DNA from: Nitrospirota bacterium
Lineage (GTDB): Bacteria > Nitrospirota > Thermodesulfovibrionia > Thermodesulfovibrionales > Dissulfurispiraceae
Reading direction: 5' to 3'
Assembly (NCBI GenBank): GCA_963710375.1
Contig: CAVPZX010000008.1
Span: 256,001 to 320,000 of the forward strand
Length of the DNA stretch: 64,000 bases
In this document: piece by piece, positions 40,640 to 50,336 of the stretch
How positions within the stretch are numbered: the stretch's first letter is position 1
How the letters are laid out: each line of letters starts with the position of its first letter
The notes under the pieces: model-generated
Seen by the model: only the letters and a program-made list of their open reading frames with translations
Database searches by the model: none
Told to the model about the DNA's origin: nothing
Position numbers and translations under genes: made by a program

Positions 40640-41869
40640 TTGGTTATGCAACTGCTGCCACTTGGGAAAAGAGAGCTTTTTAATAAGCTGATATCGTTAA
40701 AACCATCCGGTCTCCTCTGGTTAGCAGTGGTATTCTCCATAATCTCCACTGAGATTATAGTTATCCCGCTGAGTATATTCTTTAACGGGAGAGTTACTTA
40801 CGATTTTTTTGTTACTGGTCTCGTCTGTGCCTCTTTGGTCTCTCTGGTCGTTTCTTATCTCCTTATTCACCTGATCAATAAAGTGCGGGACAGCGAAAAA
40901 GAATTCCGGACCATTTTTGAATCAGCCACTGACGCACTCTTTATCATCGACATGGAGGGGAACATAATAGATATCAACAGAACCGCCTATTCGCGTCTGG
41001 GCTACACCAAAGAAGAAATGTTGTCCATGAGCATATCAGAGTTGGATATGCAAGAGGCTGCAAATACAGCACCCACGCGTTTAGAGCACGTTAAGAGATA
41101 TGGCAGCGGTGTATTTGAATCGGCACATCGGAAAAAAGACGGTACAAGCATGCCTGTTGAGGTAAATGGCATGGCTATTGATTTCGGTGGGAAGAGCGTC
41201 ATTTTCAGTATCGTGCGCGACATCACCGAACGCAAAAAAGCGGAAAAAGATAAAGATACATTGCTTCAGGAAATCCATCACCGGGTAAAAAACAACATGC
41301 AGATAATTTCGAGCCTTCTAAATATCCAGGCCCGTAATATTGAGGATAAACAGCTGCTTGCCATATTTCAGGACTGCCAAAACCGTATAAGGGCAATGGC
41401 CCTTGTCCATGAGGAGCTGTATCATTCCAGGAACCTGTCTAAAATCAATGTTAAGCATTACCTTGATGCGTTGCTGCAGGGGCTGTTGTCTTCTCTCGTA
41501 AAAAAAGCAGATGTCAGGTTAAAAGTAACAATTGACGACATATTCTTTAATATTGATACGGCAATCCCTTGCGGCCTGATAGTCACTGAACTGGTAACAA
41601 ACTCCTTCAAGCACGCATTCCGTGAACAGAGAGAGGGTGAAATATCAGTGGCTATCCTGCAGGAAGACGGCACTTTCACTCTCAGCGTAAAAGACAACGG
41701 AGCTGGATTGCCGGAAGGGTTGGATACCGAAAAGACCACATCTTTAGGGTTTCAGCTGGTACGCGGGCTCACAGTTCAACTCGGTGGAACCATAAAGATC
41801 GGATCCGATCACGGCACAGAAACAATTATCGTATTCAAAGAAATTAAACCGGCAGGTATGGGACAGTAA
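40640..41869 (+). CDS. Membrane PAS sensor histidine kinase (HisKA_2 type)
   Basis: Two TM segments, PAS domain, EIHHRVKNN, ELVTNSFKHAF and DNGAG. Confidence 0.93.
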   Translation: MVMQLLPLGKRELFNKLISLKPSGLLWLAVVFSIISTEIIVIPLSIFFNGRVTYDFFVTGLVCASLVSLVVSYLLIHLINKVRDSEKEFRTIFESATDALFIIDMEGNIIDINRTAYSRLGYTKEEMLSMSISELDMQEAANTAPTRLEHVKRYGSGVFESAHRKKDGTSMPVEVNGMAIDFGGKSVIFSIVRDITERKKAEKDKDTLLQEIHHRVKNNMQIISSLLNIQARNIEDKQLLAIFQDCQNRIRAMALVHEELYHSRNLSKINVKHYLDALLQGLLSSLVKKADVRLKVTIDDIFFNIDTAIPCGLIVTELVTNSFKHAFREQREGEISVAILQEDGTFTLSVKDNGAGLPEGLDTEKTTSLGFQLVRGLTVQLGGTIKIGSDHGTETIIVFKEIKPAGMGQ

Positions 41870-41882
41870 CCGACCCACTATC

Positions 41883-42380
41883 CTACTCTACCAGATCTCC
41901 AATTACCCTGAACTTGTCCTTCAATGCCTTTTCTACCACTTCGGGCACCAGCCCGCTAATATCTCCGCCCAACGACGCAGCCTCTCTTACAATCGTCGAT
42001 GTAAGGTAGGAGAACTCTTGCGAGGGCATCATAAAAACGGTTTCCAGATTGCCCGCAAGCCGTCTGTTCATTAGTGCCATCTGCAGTTCATATTCGAAAT
42101 CCGACACTGCCCGCAAACCCCTTATAATCGCTATACCGCCTTTTTCTTCAACATAATCGACGAGCAGCCCGGCGAATGCCTCCACTCTCACACCGCGGTA
42201 CTCCCTGACTGACTCTTCAACAAGCGCAAGGCGTTCCGCCACGCTGAACATAGGCTTTTTCTTAGGGTTATGCGAAACAGCAATAATCAGCTCATCGAAT
42301 ATCATCAGCCCGCGTTTAACAAGGTCGAGATGCCCGTTTGTTATTGGATCAAATGTGCCCGGATAAATTGCCAGCTTCAT
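41883..42380 (-). CDS. coaD: Phosphopantetheine adenylyltransferase
   Basis: MKLAIYPGTFDPITNGHLD and RGLRAVSDFEYE; GGAGG RBS before 42380. The longer ORF-track extension is the repeat element. Confidence 0.97.
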   Translation of the reverse strand: MKLAIYPGTFDPITNGHLDLVKRGLMIFDELIIAVSHNPKKKPMFSVAERLALVEESVREYRGVRVEAFAGLLVDYVEEKGGIAIIRGLRAVSDFEYELQMALMNRRLAGNLETVFMMPSQEFSYLTSTIVREAASLGGDISGLVPEVVEKALKDKFRVIGDLVE

Positions 42381-42393
42381 CGGTCTTCCTCCG

Positions 42394-42520
42394 AAAGACA
42401 AGTGAAACGTGAATAGTGAAACGTGAATAGCAAAGACTGAAAGCAAACTAAAAAAAGAAGTAATTTGTTTTAGGTTTTTTTCACCTTTCACCTTTCACTT
42501 TTAACTTTTCACTTGTCTTT
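42394..42520. repeat. Dispersed ~127-bp inverted-heptamer hairpin element, copy 2, with perfect 14-bp terminal inverted repeat
   Basis: AAAGACAAGTGAAA (42394-42407) and TTTCACTTGTCTTT (42507-42520); core GCAAAGACTGAAAGCAAACT matches copy 1 with one difference. Confidence 0.85.
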
Positions 42521-43073
42521 TATATAGGCTTAACGCTGTATCGCCATATTTATATCTCTTCTTTAATACCAATTCGCCGGCCTGCTCCCCCAACTCTCTT
42601 TTTGAGGAATGTTCGGCGATAACGATTCCATCTTCATCAGATGTCCCGAGTTCGTCGATCAGTGATATTATCTGCATTGTTTCTTCCGATGCATAAGGGG
42701 GGTCAAGAAAAATAACACTAAACCGCTCTTCATTTTTCCTCAGAAAATCCTGGACCCGCGCCCTCACGATAAGTGCTTTTTCCCTGAAGCCGAAACGGTC
42801 CACAAACTCCTTCATTATATTGACCCTCAGATGATTCTCTTCTACAAACACGACCCTCCCTGCGCCCCTGCTCAGTGCCTCGAGGCCCACAGCGCCGGTC
42901 CCGGCATAAAGATCGAGAAATGCAGAGCCTTCTATTCTGCCGCTCAGGATATTAAAGACCGCCTCTCTCACTTTTGCAGGCGTCGGCCGCAGTTCGTCGC
43001 CATCCTCCCGCCGCAAAAAGGCTTTTTTTATGCCGACCTTCCTGCCTTTTGCCGTGCCGCCTGAAATCCTCAT
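42501..43073 (-). CDS. rsmD: 16S rRNA m2G966 methyltransferase
   Basis: MRISGG, LRPT, LDLYAGTG, EALSRGA, DPPY and YGDT. Confidence 0.95.
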   Translation of the reverse strand: MRISGGTAKGRKVGIKKAFLRREDGDELRPTPAKVREAVFNILSGRIEGSAFLDLYAGTGAVGLEALSRGAGRVVFVEENHLRVNIMKEFVDRFGFREKALIVRARVQDFLRKNEERFSVIFLDPPYASEETMQIISLIDELGTSDEDGIVIAEHSSKRELGEQAGELVLKKRYKYGDTALSLYKRQVKS

Positions 43074-43079
43074 AAAATC

Positions 43080-43162
43080 AGGTTAAGGCTAAGGTTAAGG
43101 TCAAGGCTAAAGCAATATTTTCTTTTTCTTTTTTTCTTAACCTCAACCTTAACCTCAACCTT
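43080..43162. repeat. Inverted hexamer tandem-repeat hairpin between purN and rsmD
   Basis: Five AGGYTA-like hexamers on the left, four TYAACC hexamers on the right, T-rich loop; contains the purN stop codon. Confidence 0.8.
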
Positions 43163-43808
43163 TTCTTAAAGGCGGATTCACAATATACCCGTCTTGCATT
43201 TCATAACCGGAAATCCTTACCGCCCTGCCCTCAACGCGCAGCCTGCCCTCCGCATATAGCCGCAGAGCCTCTGGATATAACATATGCTCCAGTTTCAGTA
43301 TTCGTGAGGAAAGCGTGTCCTCGGTGTCGTCCGGAGAGACAGGTACAGCGGCCTGAATTATGACAGGTCCGGTATCCATTCCACCGTCAACAAAATGCAC
43401 TGTACAGCCGCTTATCCTCACCCCATACTCCGCGGCCTGCTTCTGTCCGTGGAGGCCTGGAAAGGCTGGGAGAAGGGCTGGATGTATATTCATGATCCTG
43501 GTTGGAAACGCATCGATCAGGGGTTTTCCGACAATGCGCATAAACCCGGCAAGCGCCACCAGTTCCACATCGCGCTTTTGAAGCTCACGTGCAATGGATG
43601 CAAAATAATCGACCCTGGATAGTGAGGCTTTAGGGTCTATATGGAGGTAGTCTATCGAATGTTTTTTCGCCCTCTCGATAGCATAGGCTCCGGCATTATC
43701 AACAACGAGCAGTTTGATTGCAGCAGGAAGCCTCCCTGCCTCTATCTCATCAATGATCGCCTGAAAGTTTGAGCCCCTGCCGGATGCAAGGATACCGAGA
43801 TTGAGCAT
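43155..43808 (-). CDS. purN: Phosphoribosylglycinamide formyltransferase
   Basis: ASGRGSNFQAI, LAGFMRI, NIHPALLP and GCTVHFVD. Confidence 0.97.
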   Translation of the reverse strand: MLNLGILASGRGSNFQAIIDEIEAGRLPAAIKLLVVDNAGAYAIERAKKHSIDYLHIDPKASLSRVDYFASIARELQKRDVELVALAGFMRIVGKPLIDAFPTRIMNIHPALLPAFPGLHGQKQAAEYGVRISGCTVHFVDGGMDTGPVIIQAAVPVSPDDTEDTLSSRILKLEHMLYPEALRLYAEGRLRVEGRAVRISGYEMQDGYIVNPPLRKG

Positions 43809-43861
43809 ACATGCCTCCCTGCCAACCTGCGTACTGAATAGATTTGATTGAAACAGTCAAT

Positions 43862-44134
43862 CTATTTTATTTCTGATTTCAGCGTCGCCCCTGCGCTAAA
43901 TTTGGGGACTTTCCTAGCCGGTATCTTGATAACCTCGCCGCTCCTGGGATTCCTGCCTTTCCTGGCCTTCCTCTTTGAAACGGAAAAAGTGCCAAACCCT
44001 ACAAGAGTAACTTTCTTTCCCTTCTTTAACGAACCAGCAACTGAAGACATAAAAGACTTGAGCGCTGTTTCCGCCTGCTTCCTGGAAATGTCCGCATCCT
44101 TGGCCATCTTTAAAACAAGTTCAACCTTTGTCAT
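43862..44134 (-). CDS. hup: HU-family DNA-binding protein
   Basis: VTLVGFGTF, RKGRNPRSGE and PKFSAG. Confidence 0.95.
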   Translation of the reverse strand: MTKVELVLKMAKDADISRKQAETALKSFMSSVAGSLKKGKKVTLVGFGTFSVSKRKARKGRNPRSGEVIKIPARKVPKFSAGATLKSEIK

Positions 44135-44213
44135 AGTGTCCCCCCCTGTAAATTTATGTTGAATTATTGTACTTTAACTACAGCGTCTTTACAACAACAA
44201 AAAACATACCGGC

Positions 44214-46088
44214 TCAGAGTTCTTCTTTTATTTCGTCCAGATATCTTGACTCCAGCATAGGTGAAATATTACCGAATTTCATCCTCGACCCCGCCGATGA
44301 AAGGTATAGTCTCTCTTTCGCCCTCGTGCATCCGACATAAAACAGCCTTCGTTCTTCCTCAAGACTTGATAAATTGTCGAGCGATTTTGCGGAAGGGAAA
44401 ATCCCCTCCTCAAGTGCAGGTATAAAAACTACCGGGAATTCGAGCCCTTTAGCAGCGTGGAGAGTCATAATTTTTACCGATTGATCACTGCCGATCCTGT
44501 CCTGCTCCGAACTCAAAAGATTATCTTCCATGAATTCCGAGAAAGTCTTCCCCTCGGTCTCAAGATTTTTAAAAACGTTGGCAAGTTCCGATATGTTTTC
44601 GATGCGATCATCATAATCATCCTTGTACTCATTTTTCAAGTAATCAAAGTAGCCTATCTCCTTTATGAGTTCCATCAGGACCGAAAATGGAGCATCTTCG
44701 ATCATATCCGAGTATTTTTCTACAACATTTATAAATATATCTGCGTTTATGCGCTGCCTGGGAGACAGTTTTGCTTCCCTCAGCGCCTGTACCCAATCTG
44801 TTTTGTGATGTTCTCTTATCATCGACAAGGCTTTGCTGCCTATGTATCTGGAAGGTATATTAATGATCCTTTCAAACGCGGCTTTATCTTTTCGATTTGC
44901 TATGAATCTCAGGTATGCGACCAAATCCCTTATTTCCGCATGCTCATAAAATGCAAGTCCTCTGACCACCTGGTATGGAATGTTATTTTTCATTAAAGCG
45001 CTTTCCAACCCTCGTGACAGAAAGCTCATTCTTATTAAGATTGCTATATCGGAATAAGAATAGCCATGGATATTCAAAAGTGACCTTATTTTATTCGCTA
45101 TGTAGTTTGTTTCTTCAATGTCATTTTCATTCTCTTTATTTTCAATCTCTCCGTCGAGCTCGCTGTCCGTATGCAGTTTCAGGATTTTATCTCCCCACAT
45201 ATCACCTGCACCACAAAGTATCTTATTGGCCAGCTTAAGAATTTTTTTTGTGGATCTATAGTTCTTTTCGAGCTTCATTTCAACTGCACCGAAATCCTCT
45301 ACAAAACGGAACATATTTGAGGGTTTTGAGCCTCGCCAGGAATATATGGATTGAAAAGGATCGCCAACTGCAAAAAGGCCCTTTTTGTTTCCGGCGAGGA
45401 GTTGAATAATCTGATATTGGACATCATTTGTATCCTGAAACTCATCTATCAAAATGTAATCAAATCTCTCTTGCCATTTGTGTCTTGTGAAAGAATCTTT
45501 TAAAAGCACCTCAGTAGTAAAAAGCAGAAGATCATCATAATCAAGTGCATTAGATTTCTCCAGGTCTTTCCTGTATTCATCGGCTACAACCGAATATGAC
45601 GACGCGGGAAAGGGAAGACTTTTAATGTAATCGACCATATCAGCCCTATGTTCTTGCTTTGCTTTCGATATAATATCTTTTGCCATGGCAGCCTCTTTTG
45701 GCTTCATGTTCAGCCTTTTCATTATGTCTTTAATTATTTTGAGACTGTCATCAGCGTCGTAGATAATGAACTTTCTGTCGAAATTCTTGCCCAGGACAGC
45801 TATATCCTCCCTCAATACCCTGACCCCAAATGCATGAAAGGTGCTGATCCAGTGCGGGCTGACAGATAAAGCTTTCCTGACTCTCTCTGCCATCTCATTT
45901 GCAGCTTTTTTCGTAAACGTTATCGCAAGAATCCTGTTTGCCCTGGTCCCTCTCTCTTTAATAAGATAAGCGATCTTTGAAGTCAGGACCTTCGTTTTCC
46001 CGCTGCCGGCTCCGGCAATCAAGAGCAAAGGCGAATCAAAATATTTTACTGCTTCTTTTTGCTGAGGGTTGAGGCCGTCGAGCAACAT
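44214..46088 (-). CDS. UvrD/PcrA/Rep-family SF1 helicase (short form)
   Basis: LNPQQ, AGAGSGKT, DEFQDTN, VGDPFQSIYSWRG, TLHAAKGLEF and EERRLFYVGCTRA. Confidence 0.95.
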   Translation of the reverse strand: MLLDGLNPQQKEAVKYFDSPLLLIAGAGSGKTKVLTSKIAYLIKERGTRANRILAITFTKKAANEMAERVRKALSVSPHWISTFHAFGVRVLREDIAVLGKNFDRKFIIYDADDSLKIIKDIMKRLNMKPKEAAMAKDIISKAKQEHRADMVDYIKSLPFPASSYSVVADEYRKDLEKSNALDYDDLLLFTTEVLLKDSFTRHKWQERFDYILIDEFQDTNDVQYQIIQLLAGNKKGLFAVGDPFQSIYSWRGSKPSNMFRFVEDFGAVEMKLEKNYRSTKKILKLANKILCGAGDMWGDKILKLHTDSELDGEIENKENENDIEETNYIANKIRSLLNIHGYSYSDIAILIRMSFLSRGLESALMKNNIPYQVVRGLAFYEHAEIRDLVAYLRFIANRKDKAAFERIINIPSRYIGSKALSMIREHHKTDWVQALREAKLSPRQRINADIFINVVEKYSDMIEDAPFSVLMELIKEIGYFDYLKNEYKDDYDDRIENISELANVFKNLETEGKTFSEFMEDNLLSSEQDRIGSDQSVKIMTLHAAKGLEFPVVFIPALEEGIFPSAKSLDNLSSLEEERRLFYVGCTRAKERLYLSSAGSRMKFGNISPMLESRYLDEIKEEL

Positions 46089-46366
46089 CACTTCTCCTTT
46101 AACCATACTATCAGTAATTGAGTTTTGAGGTAGTGGGACAGGCTGGATTTACCATTATGATCTTACCTCTTATTTTACCATAATCGTGCGGCAGCGGAAA
46201 TCAAAATTCATCAAGTTGTAACATAAGCTTAATACTAAAGTAATTTTGATATGCTATTATTAAAGGTGCTGGTAAACTATATGCAACCGCCCTTGAATGT
46301 CATTGCCGGCCCCTGCATTGTGGTTTCACATATTTCTGAAATAATCACTTTCCAAGGAGGATCGTT

Positions 46367-46933
46367 ATGAACACTAAAAAGCAGTCTACAAAGAAAACAG
46401 TCACTAAAACCAAAAATAACGGGGGAAACGTCACTGAAAAAACTCAGGTCGATGAGAAACCTTCAGTGCCGGAGAAACTATTAACAGAGAAGAACACAAC
46501 TGCGAGGTCAGGGGCGGCAAAGAAACCCGTTGCTGATAAACTCGATGTTGCCATAGCGCCGGCTGTCGCACAAAAAGCCGGCCCGAAAACAAAATCACCT
46601 GCCCCGCAAAAATCCAAAGCAGAACCTCATGGGATCATGAAAGAGTATACTAAGTCGCGGAACCTCTGCAAAGTCACATTCATATTGCCTGGAGAGGCCG
46701 CACCAAAGGCTCAACAGGTTGCTATAGTTGGAGATTTTAATAACTGGAACATGACATCCACTTACTTAGGCAAAACAGAAAACGGTGATTTTAGTGTCAC
46801 ACTTGAGCTTGAAGCAGGAAAGGAATACCGTTTCCGCTATCTTATCGATAACCATCGGTGGGAAAATGACTGGTTCGCTGATAAGTATCTTGCGGGCCCA
46901 TACGGCGTTGAGGATTCCGTCGTGAGCCTTTAG
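46367..46933 (+). CDS. Isoamylase early-set / CBM48-like glycogen-binding protein with Lys/Pro-rich N-terminus
   Basis: KVTFILP, VGDFNNW, YRFRYLID and WENDWFADKY. Confidence 0.88.
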   Translation: MNTKKQSTKKTVTKTKNNGGNVTEKTQVDEKPSVPEKLLTEKNTTARSGAAKKPVADKLDVAIAPAVAQKAGPKTKSPAPQKSKAEPHGIMKEYTKSRNLCKVTFILPGEAAPKAQQVAIVGDFNNWNMTSTYLGKTENGDFSVTLELEAGKEYRFRYLIDNHRWENDWFADKYLAGPYGVEDSVVSL

Positions 46934-46966
46934 GGTGGGCACTTTGTTGATTGACTCATTGCCCCG

Positions 46967-47188
46967 TCATTTATCAACTCCGTGATCCTCTAAACATTCT
47001 TGATATGTACGCATTCTCTTCTTATTCTGGTCCCAGGGCGGTCGCGGTCGTGCGTTCACTTTCTCTTCTTCCGCACACAATGCTCTTATATCGGATGGTC
47101 TATATTTATACCAGTAGATCAAACCAAGAGCGGTTAGAGTTATAAGTACACATAAAAGTAATATGACTCCCCGCGAATGCTGTTTCAT
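46967..47188 (-). CDS. Small single-TM hypothetical protein
   Basis: One hydrophobic helix, then two Cys (IRALC...YQECL); fills an intergenic gap. Confidence 0.55.
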   Translation of the reverse strand: MKQHSRGVILLLCVLITLTALGLIYWYKYRPSDIRALCAEEEKVNARPRPPWDQNKKRMRTYQECLEDHGVDK

Positions 47189-47404
47189 TTCTGACCCGCT
47201 CTCTATTTATTATTCTACCACAGTGAAATTACTATCCGTGAAAGATTTGGCAGGGATCAGTTTGTTTTACCTCTGGATCACTGGGTTGTCAGATGCAATT
47301 TCGATCCGTTGCAATCATAAACTTCAATAGGTTATGATAATGTTTGCATGGTTTTTTGTGCTCTGGTAAAGACGAAATGCAGGGTGGAGGCTACGGAAGC
47401 GGTG

Positions 47405-47552
47405 ATGCCTGTTCGGATATTAGTCGTCGATTATATGATGCCCATGAGGGCGTTTATCAAGGCTGGTATTATAGCAAATGTTTCTAAAGAAATCGAGATC
47501 CACGAAGCAAGCAGCGGCGAAGCAGCGAAAGCGAAGCTGGAAAGTAAAGGCT
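47405..47552 (+). pseudogene. Truncated receiver-domain remnant
   Basis: MPVRILVVDYMMPMRAFIKAGI...IHEASSGEAAKAKLESKG resembles the first half of the 34191-34568 receiver and loses similarity before the phosphoacceptor Asp. Confidence 0.6.
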
Positions 47553-47606
47553 GTATTGAGCGAGTCCATGGCCGACGGAACCAGGAAAGCGGAAGGTTAG
47601 AAAAAC

Positions 47607-48125
47607 ATGGACGCTGAAAAAACAAAGAGCGACCGTATTCTGGAACAGTTAAGGAAACGCAGTGCACGCGAAAAGGTAGTGGATGTAGAGGAGGAGAAGG
47701 TCAAGCTCGTCATCTTCTCCCTTGCGGATGACTATTACGCCTTTAACGGCAACGAAGTAAGAGAGATTATGCTGCCTCCCGGCGATATTTCTTATGTTCC
47801 AGGCACCCCTGACTATGTCCTCGGAGTAATCAACGTGAGGGGAGATATAGAATCAGTGGTAGCCATCAATACCTTCCTGGCTCTGCCCGAAAGCAAAAGG
47901 ACCTCCCGAAGCAGAATTGCAATTGCTGTCAAAGGCGGCGTCCGGTCCGGCATTATGGTGGACTCCATAGAGGACGTGCTCGACGTGCCTGTGAGCAGCA
48001 TCAAGCCTCCCCTTTCGACACTCGATGCATTTAAGAAAGAGTGCGTCACGGGCGAACTGACATTTAAAGGCAGAAACGTTACCATCCTTGATACCGGAAA
48101 AATCTTCGGGAAGCTGGCGGTTTGA
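47607..48125 (+). CDS. cheW: CheW coupling protein
   Basis: VIFSL...YAF...VREI, VPGTPDYVLGVINVRGDI and GIMVDSIEDV. Confidence 0.93.
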   Translation: MDAEKTKSDRILEQLRKRSAREKVVDVEEEKVKLVIFSLADDYYAFNGNEVREIMLPPGDISYVPGTPDYVLGVINVRGDIESVVAINTFLALPESKRTSRSRIAIAVKGGVRSGIMVDSIEDVLDVPVSSIKPPLSTLDAFKKECVTGELTFKGRNVTILDTGKIFGKLAV

Positions 48126-48577
48126 TGGAAGAAGGGTGCTGCCCTGTCTGCCCGGAAGAACTTACTCTCCTCGTGTTTAACGTAGGTGGTGTCAGAATGG
48201 CGGTTGATACCGCCCAGGTAGATGGTATGGCGCATCCCGATGATGTCGAAATGCAGGGCAGGGAGACGCTGGGTTTCGATCAGATCATTTCATTTCGTAA
48301 TCCCGTATGCTACAAGGCCCCGTGGGTACTACAGGTGAAAGACGAAACAATGCCCTACGGTGTTATGATAGACCAGCCGGATGAGATTGTCCCTGTAAAC
48401 CTCGATGTCCTTCAGCCTCTCCCCTACCTCATTGAGGCCGGCAGAGGCTCTGAGGCGATTTGGGGCGCCATGGTCCGGGCAGACGGTACTATTCTTTTAA
48501 TTGTTGATCTGTACAAACTGCCGAGAAGCGTTCCGGCAATGGAGGGCAGCAACCCGGCAAATTCAAGGGTTACTTGA
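48125..48577 (+). CDS. Divergent CheW-like protein
   Basis: LLVFNVGGVRMAVD, GVMIDQPDEIV and LIVDL; operon position. Confidence 0.75.
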   Translation: MEEGCCPVCPEELTLLVFNVGGVRMAVDTAQVDGMAHPDDVEMQGRETLGFDQIISFRNPVCYKAPWVLQVKDETMPYGVMIDQPDEIVPVNLDVLQPLPYLIEAGRGSEAIWGAMVRADGTILLIVDLYKLPRSVPAMEGSNPANSRVT

Positions 48578-48639
48578 TTGGACTCCGAAACGAAAGGCTC
48601 ATTTAGATATTTGTTTAAATAAAATTGGCGAGGTCGAAT

Positions 48640-50322
48640 ATGAAACTTTCAGTGAAAAAGAAAATATTAGCTTTTACCACTATTCCTTTGATTCTGGGTT
48701 CGTTTGTTTTTTCTTATATCGGAGTGGCAACTATTACCTCTGCAGGTGAAAAAAGGTTGAAAGAATACAGGGAAACGCTAATGGCTGAACGAAAAGAGAA
48801 AACATTGAACCTTATTGAAATTGCGATTAAATCACTAGAAGATTTGCCTGAAAAAAAGGCTGCAATTGCCCTTAAAAAGCTTCGGTATGGCAAAAACGGT
48901 TATTTCTTTCTCTTAGATTTTAATGGTTTTATGATCTCACACCCTGATCCAAAACTGGAAGGTAAAAATGACAACGACCTGAAAGACCCTAACGGAGTAT
49001 ACATTGTGAGAGGAATCATCAAGACAGCAAGGGAAAACCCGGATGAGGGAGGATACACTTCATACATGTGGAAAACTCCCGGCAGCGATCAAATGCAGCC
49101 CAAGCTCACTTACTCAAGGGTCATAAAAAAGTGGAACCTGGTAATCGGGACCGGTATTTATATAGACAATATCGAGGTCCTGGTTGCCAAAGAAAGGGGG
49201 AAGGTCAACAGCGAAATTTCGTCCCTGGTCGTCAATAATACGATTATCACCGTAATTATTGTGATGGTATTATTGGCAATTGTAACTTTCTTCGTGAACA
49301 AATACATTAACAAACCAATCGGTGATATCAGCAACGGCATAAAGAATTTCGACAATGACCTCACAAAGAAAGTCACCGTAACCACCGATGACGAAATTGG
49401 AGAATTGGCAAAATGGTTTAATAGCTATATCGACAATTTGCACGATGTTATCAAGAAAGTTTCCGATGCCACTACGGATATTAATTCAGGTCTTAGCGAG
49501 TGCTCAACGGCTGTTGAACAGCAGGCTACAATTTCGACGGAGCAGTCTGCGGCGGTCTCCGAAATCACGTCTACAATGGAAGAACTTTCAGCATCATCCA
49601 GCCAGATCGCCGACCATTCCAACGCTGTGGTGGATATCGCCACGAAGACCTGGGATGACACAAAGAAAGGCACCAGCGCCCTGGAATCATTGATAATGAA
49701 GATGGGCGACATTAAGAACGACAACCTCAACAGTATCCAGGAAATAGTTGAACTGGGACGGAAATCCAAGGAGATATCAAAGGTGATGGAGATCATTAAT
49801 TCCATAGCCGACCAGACCAAACTCATCGCGTTCAACGCTGCATTAGAGGCCTCCAGTGCTGGTGAAGCCGGCAAGAGATTCGGCGTAGTTGCGGTAGAAA
49901 TCCGGAGACTCGCGGACAGCGTCATGGAATCCACCGGAGAGATCGAGGGCAAGATCAACGAAATCCAGGAGGCGATCAACCGGCTGGTCATCGCGTCCGA
50001 GAAGGGGTCTAAAGGTATCCAGGATGGCATGGAATACTCGACCCAGACCGCAGACCTTCTCTTCGGGATCGTGGATGCTGCCCAGACCACCACAGACGCG
50101 GCAAAACAAATATCCCTCTCCACACAGCAGCAGAAGACAGCCAGTGGCCAGGTGGTGGCTGCCCTACGCGAGATAGTGGCAGGCTCCAGCGAGACCACTG
50201 ATGCCATAAACCAGATCAGCACTATCACCAAGCAGCTTTCCCGGCTCTCGAACAACCTGCAAGAGATGGTCGCAACATTCAAGGTGGAAAGTCACGGCGC
50301 GAAAGAAGGGAAAGAGGTCTAA
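48640..50322 (+). CDS. Methyl-accepting chemotaxis protein (TM-Cache-TM-HAMP-signalling domain)
   Basis: GYFFLLD...HP...DPNG Cache domain, DEIGELA HAMP, and IADQTKLIAFNAALEASSAGEAGKRFGVVA. Confidence 0.95.
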   Translation: MKLSVKKKILAFTTIPLILGSFVFSYIGVATITSAGEKRLKEYRETLMAERKEKTLNLIEIAIKSLEDLPEKKAAIALKKLRYGKNGYFFLLDFNGFMISHPDPKLEGKNDNDLKDPNGVYIVRGIIKTARENPDEGGYTSYMWKTPGSDQMQPKLTYSRVIKKWNLVIGTGIYIDNIEVLVAKERGKVNSEISSLVVNNTIITVIIVMVLLAIVTFFVNKYINKPIGDISNGIKNFDNDLTKKVTVTTDDEIGELAKWFNSYIDNLHDVIKKVSDATTDINSGLSECSTAVEQQATISTEQSAAVSEITSTMEELSASSSQIADHSNAVVDIATKTWDDTKKGTSALESLIMKMGDIKNDNLNSIQEIVELGRKSKEISKVMEIINSIADQTKLIAFNAALEASSAGEAGKRFGVVAVEIRRLADSVMESTGEIEGKINEIQEAINRLVIASEKGSKGIQDGMEYSTQTADLLFGIVDAAQTTTDAAKQISLSTQQQKTASGQVVAALREIVAGSSETTDAINQISTITKQLSRLSNNLQEMVATFKVESHGAKEGKEV

Positions 50323-50336
50323 AAGGACTACTCCTA

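Noticed and set aside
42381..42491. N-terminal hydrophobic extension of CoaD in the ORF track
   Set aside because: It is a translation of the heptamer hairpin element. The canonical start with an RBS is at 42380.
44214..46088. UvrD as part of a defence system such as Gabija
   Set aside because: It has ordinary PcrA/UvrD motifs and no adjacent nuclease or ATPase partner; its neighbours are HU and a CBM48 protein.
49425..50282. Long antisense ORFs (this 285-aa one, also 27401-28111, 4560-5201 and 56202-56849)
   Set aside because: They are shadows of well-supported genes on the opposite strand and have no recognisable motifs.
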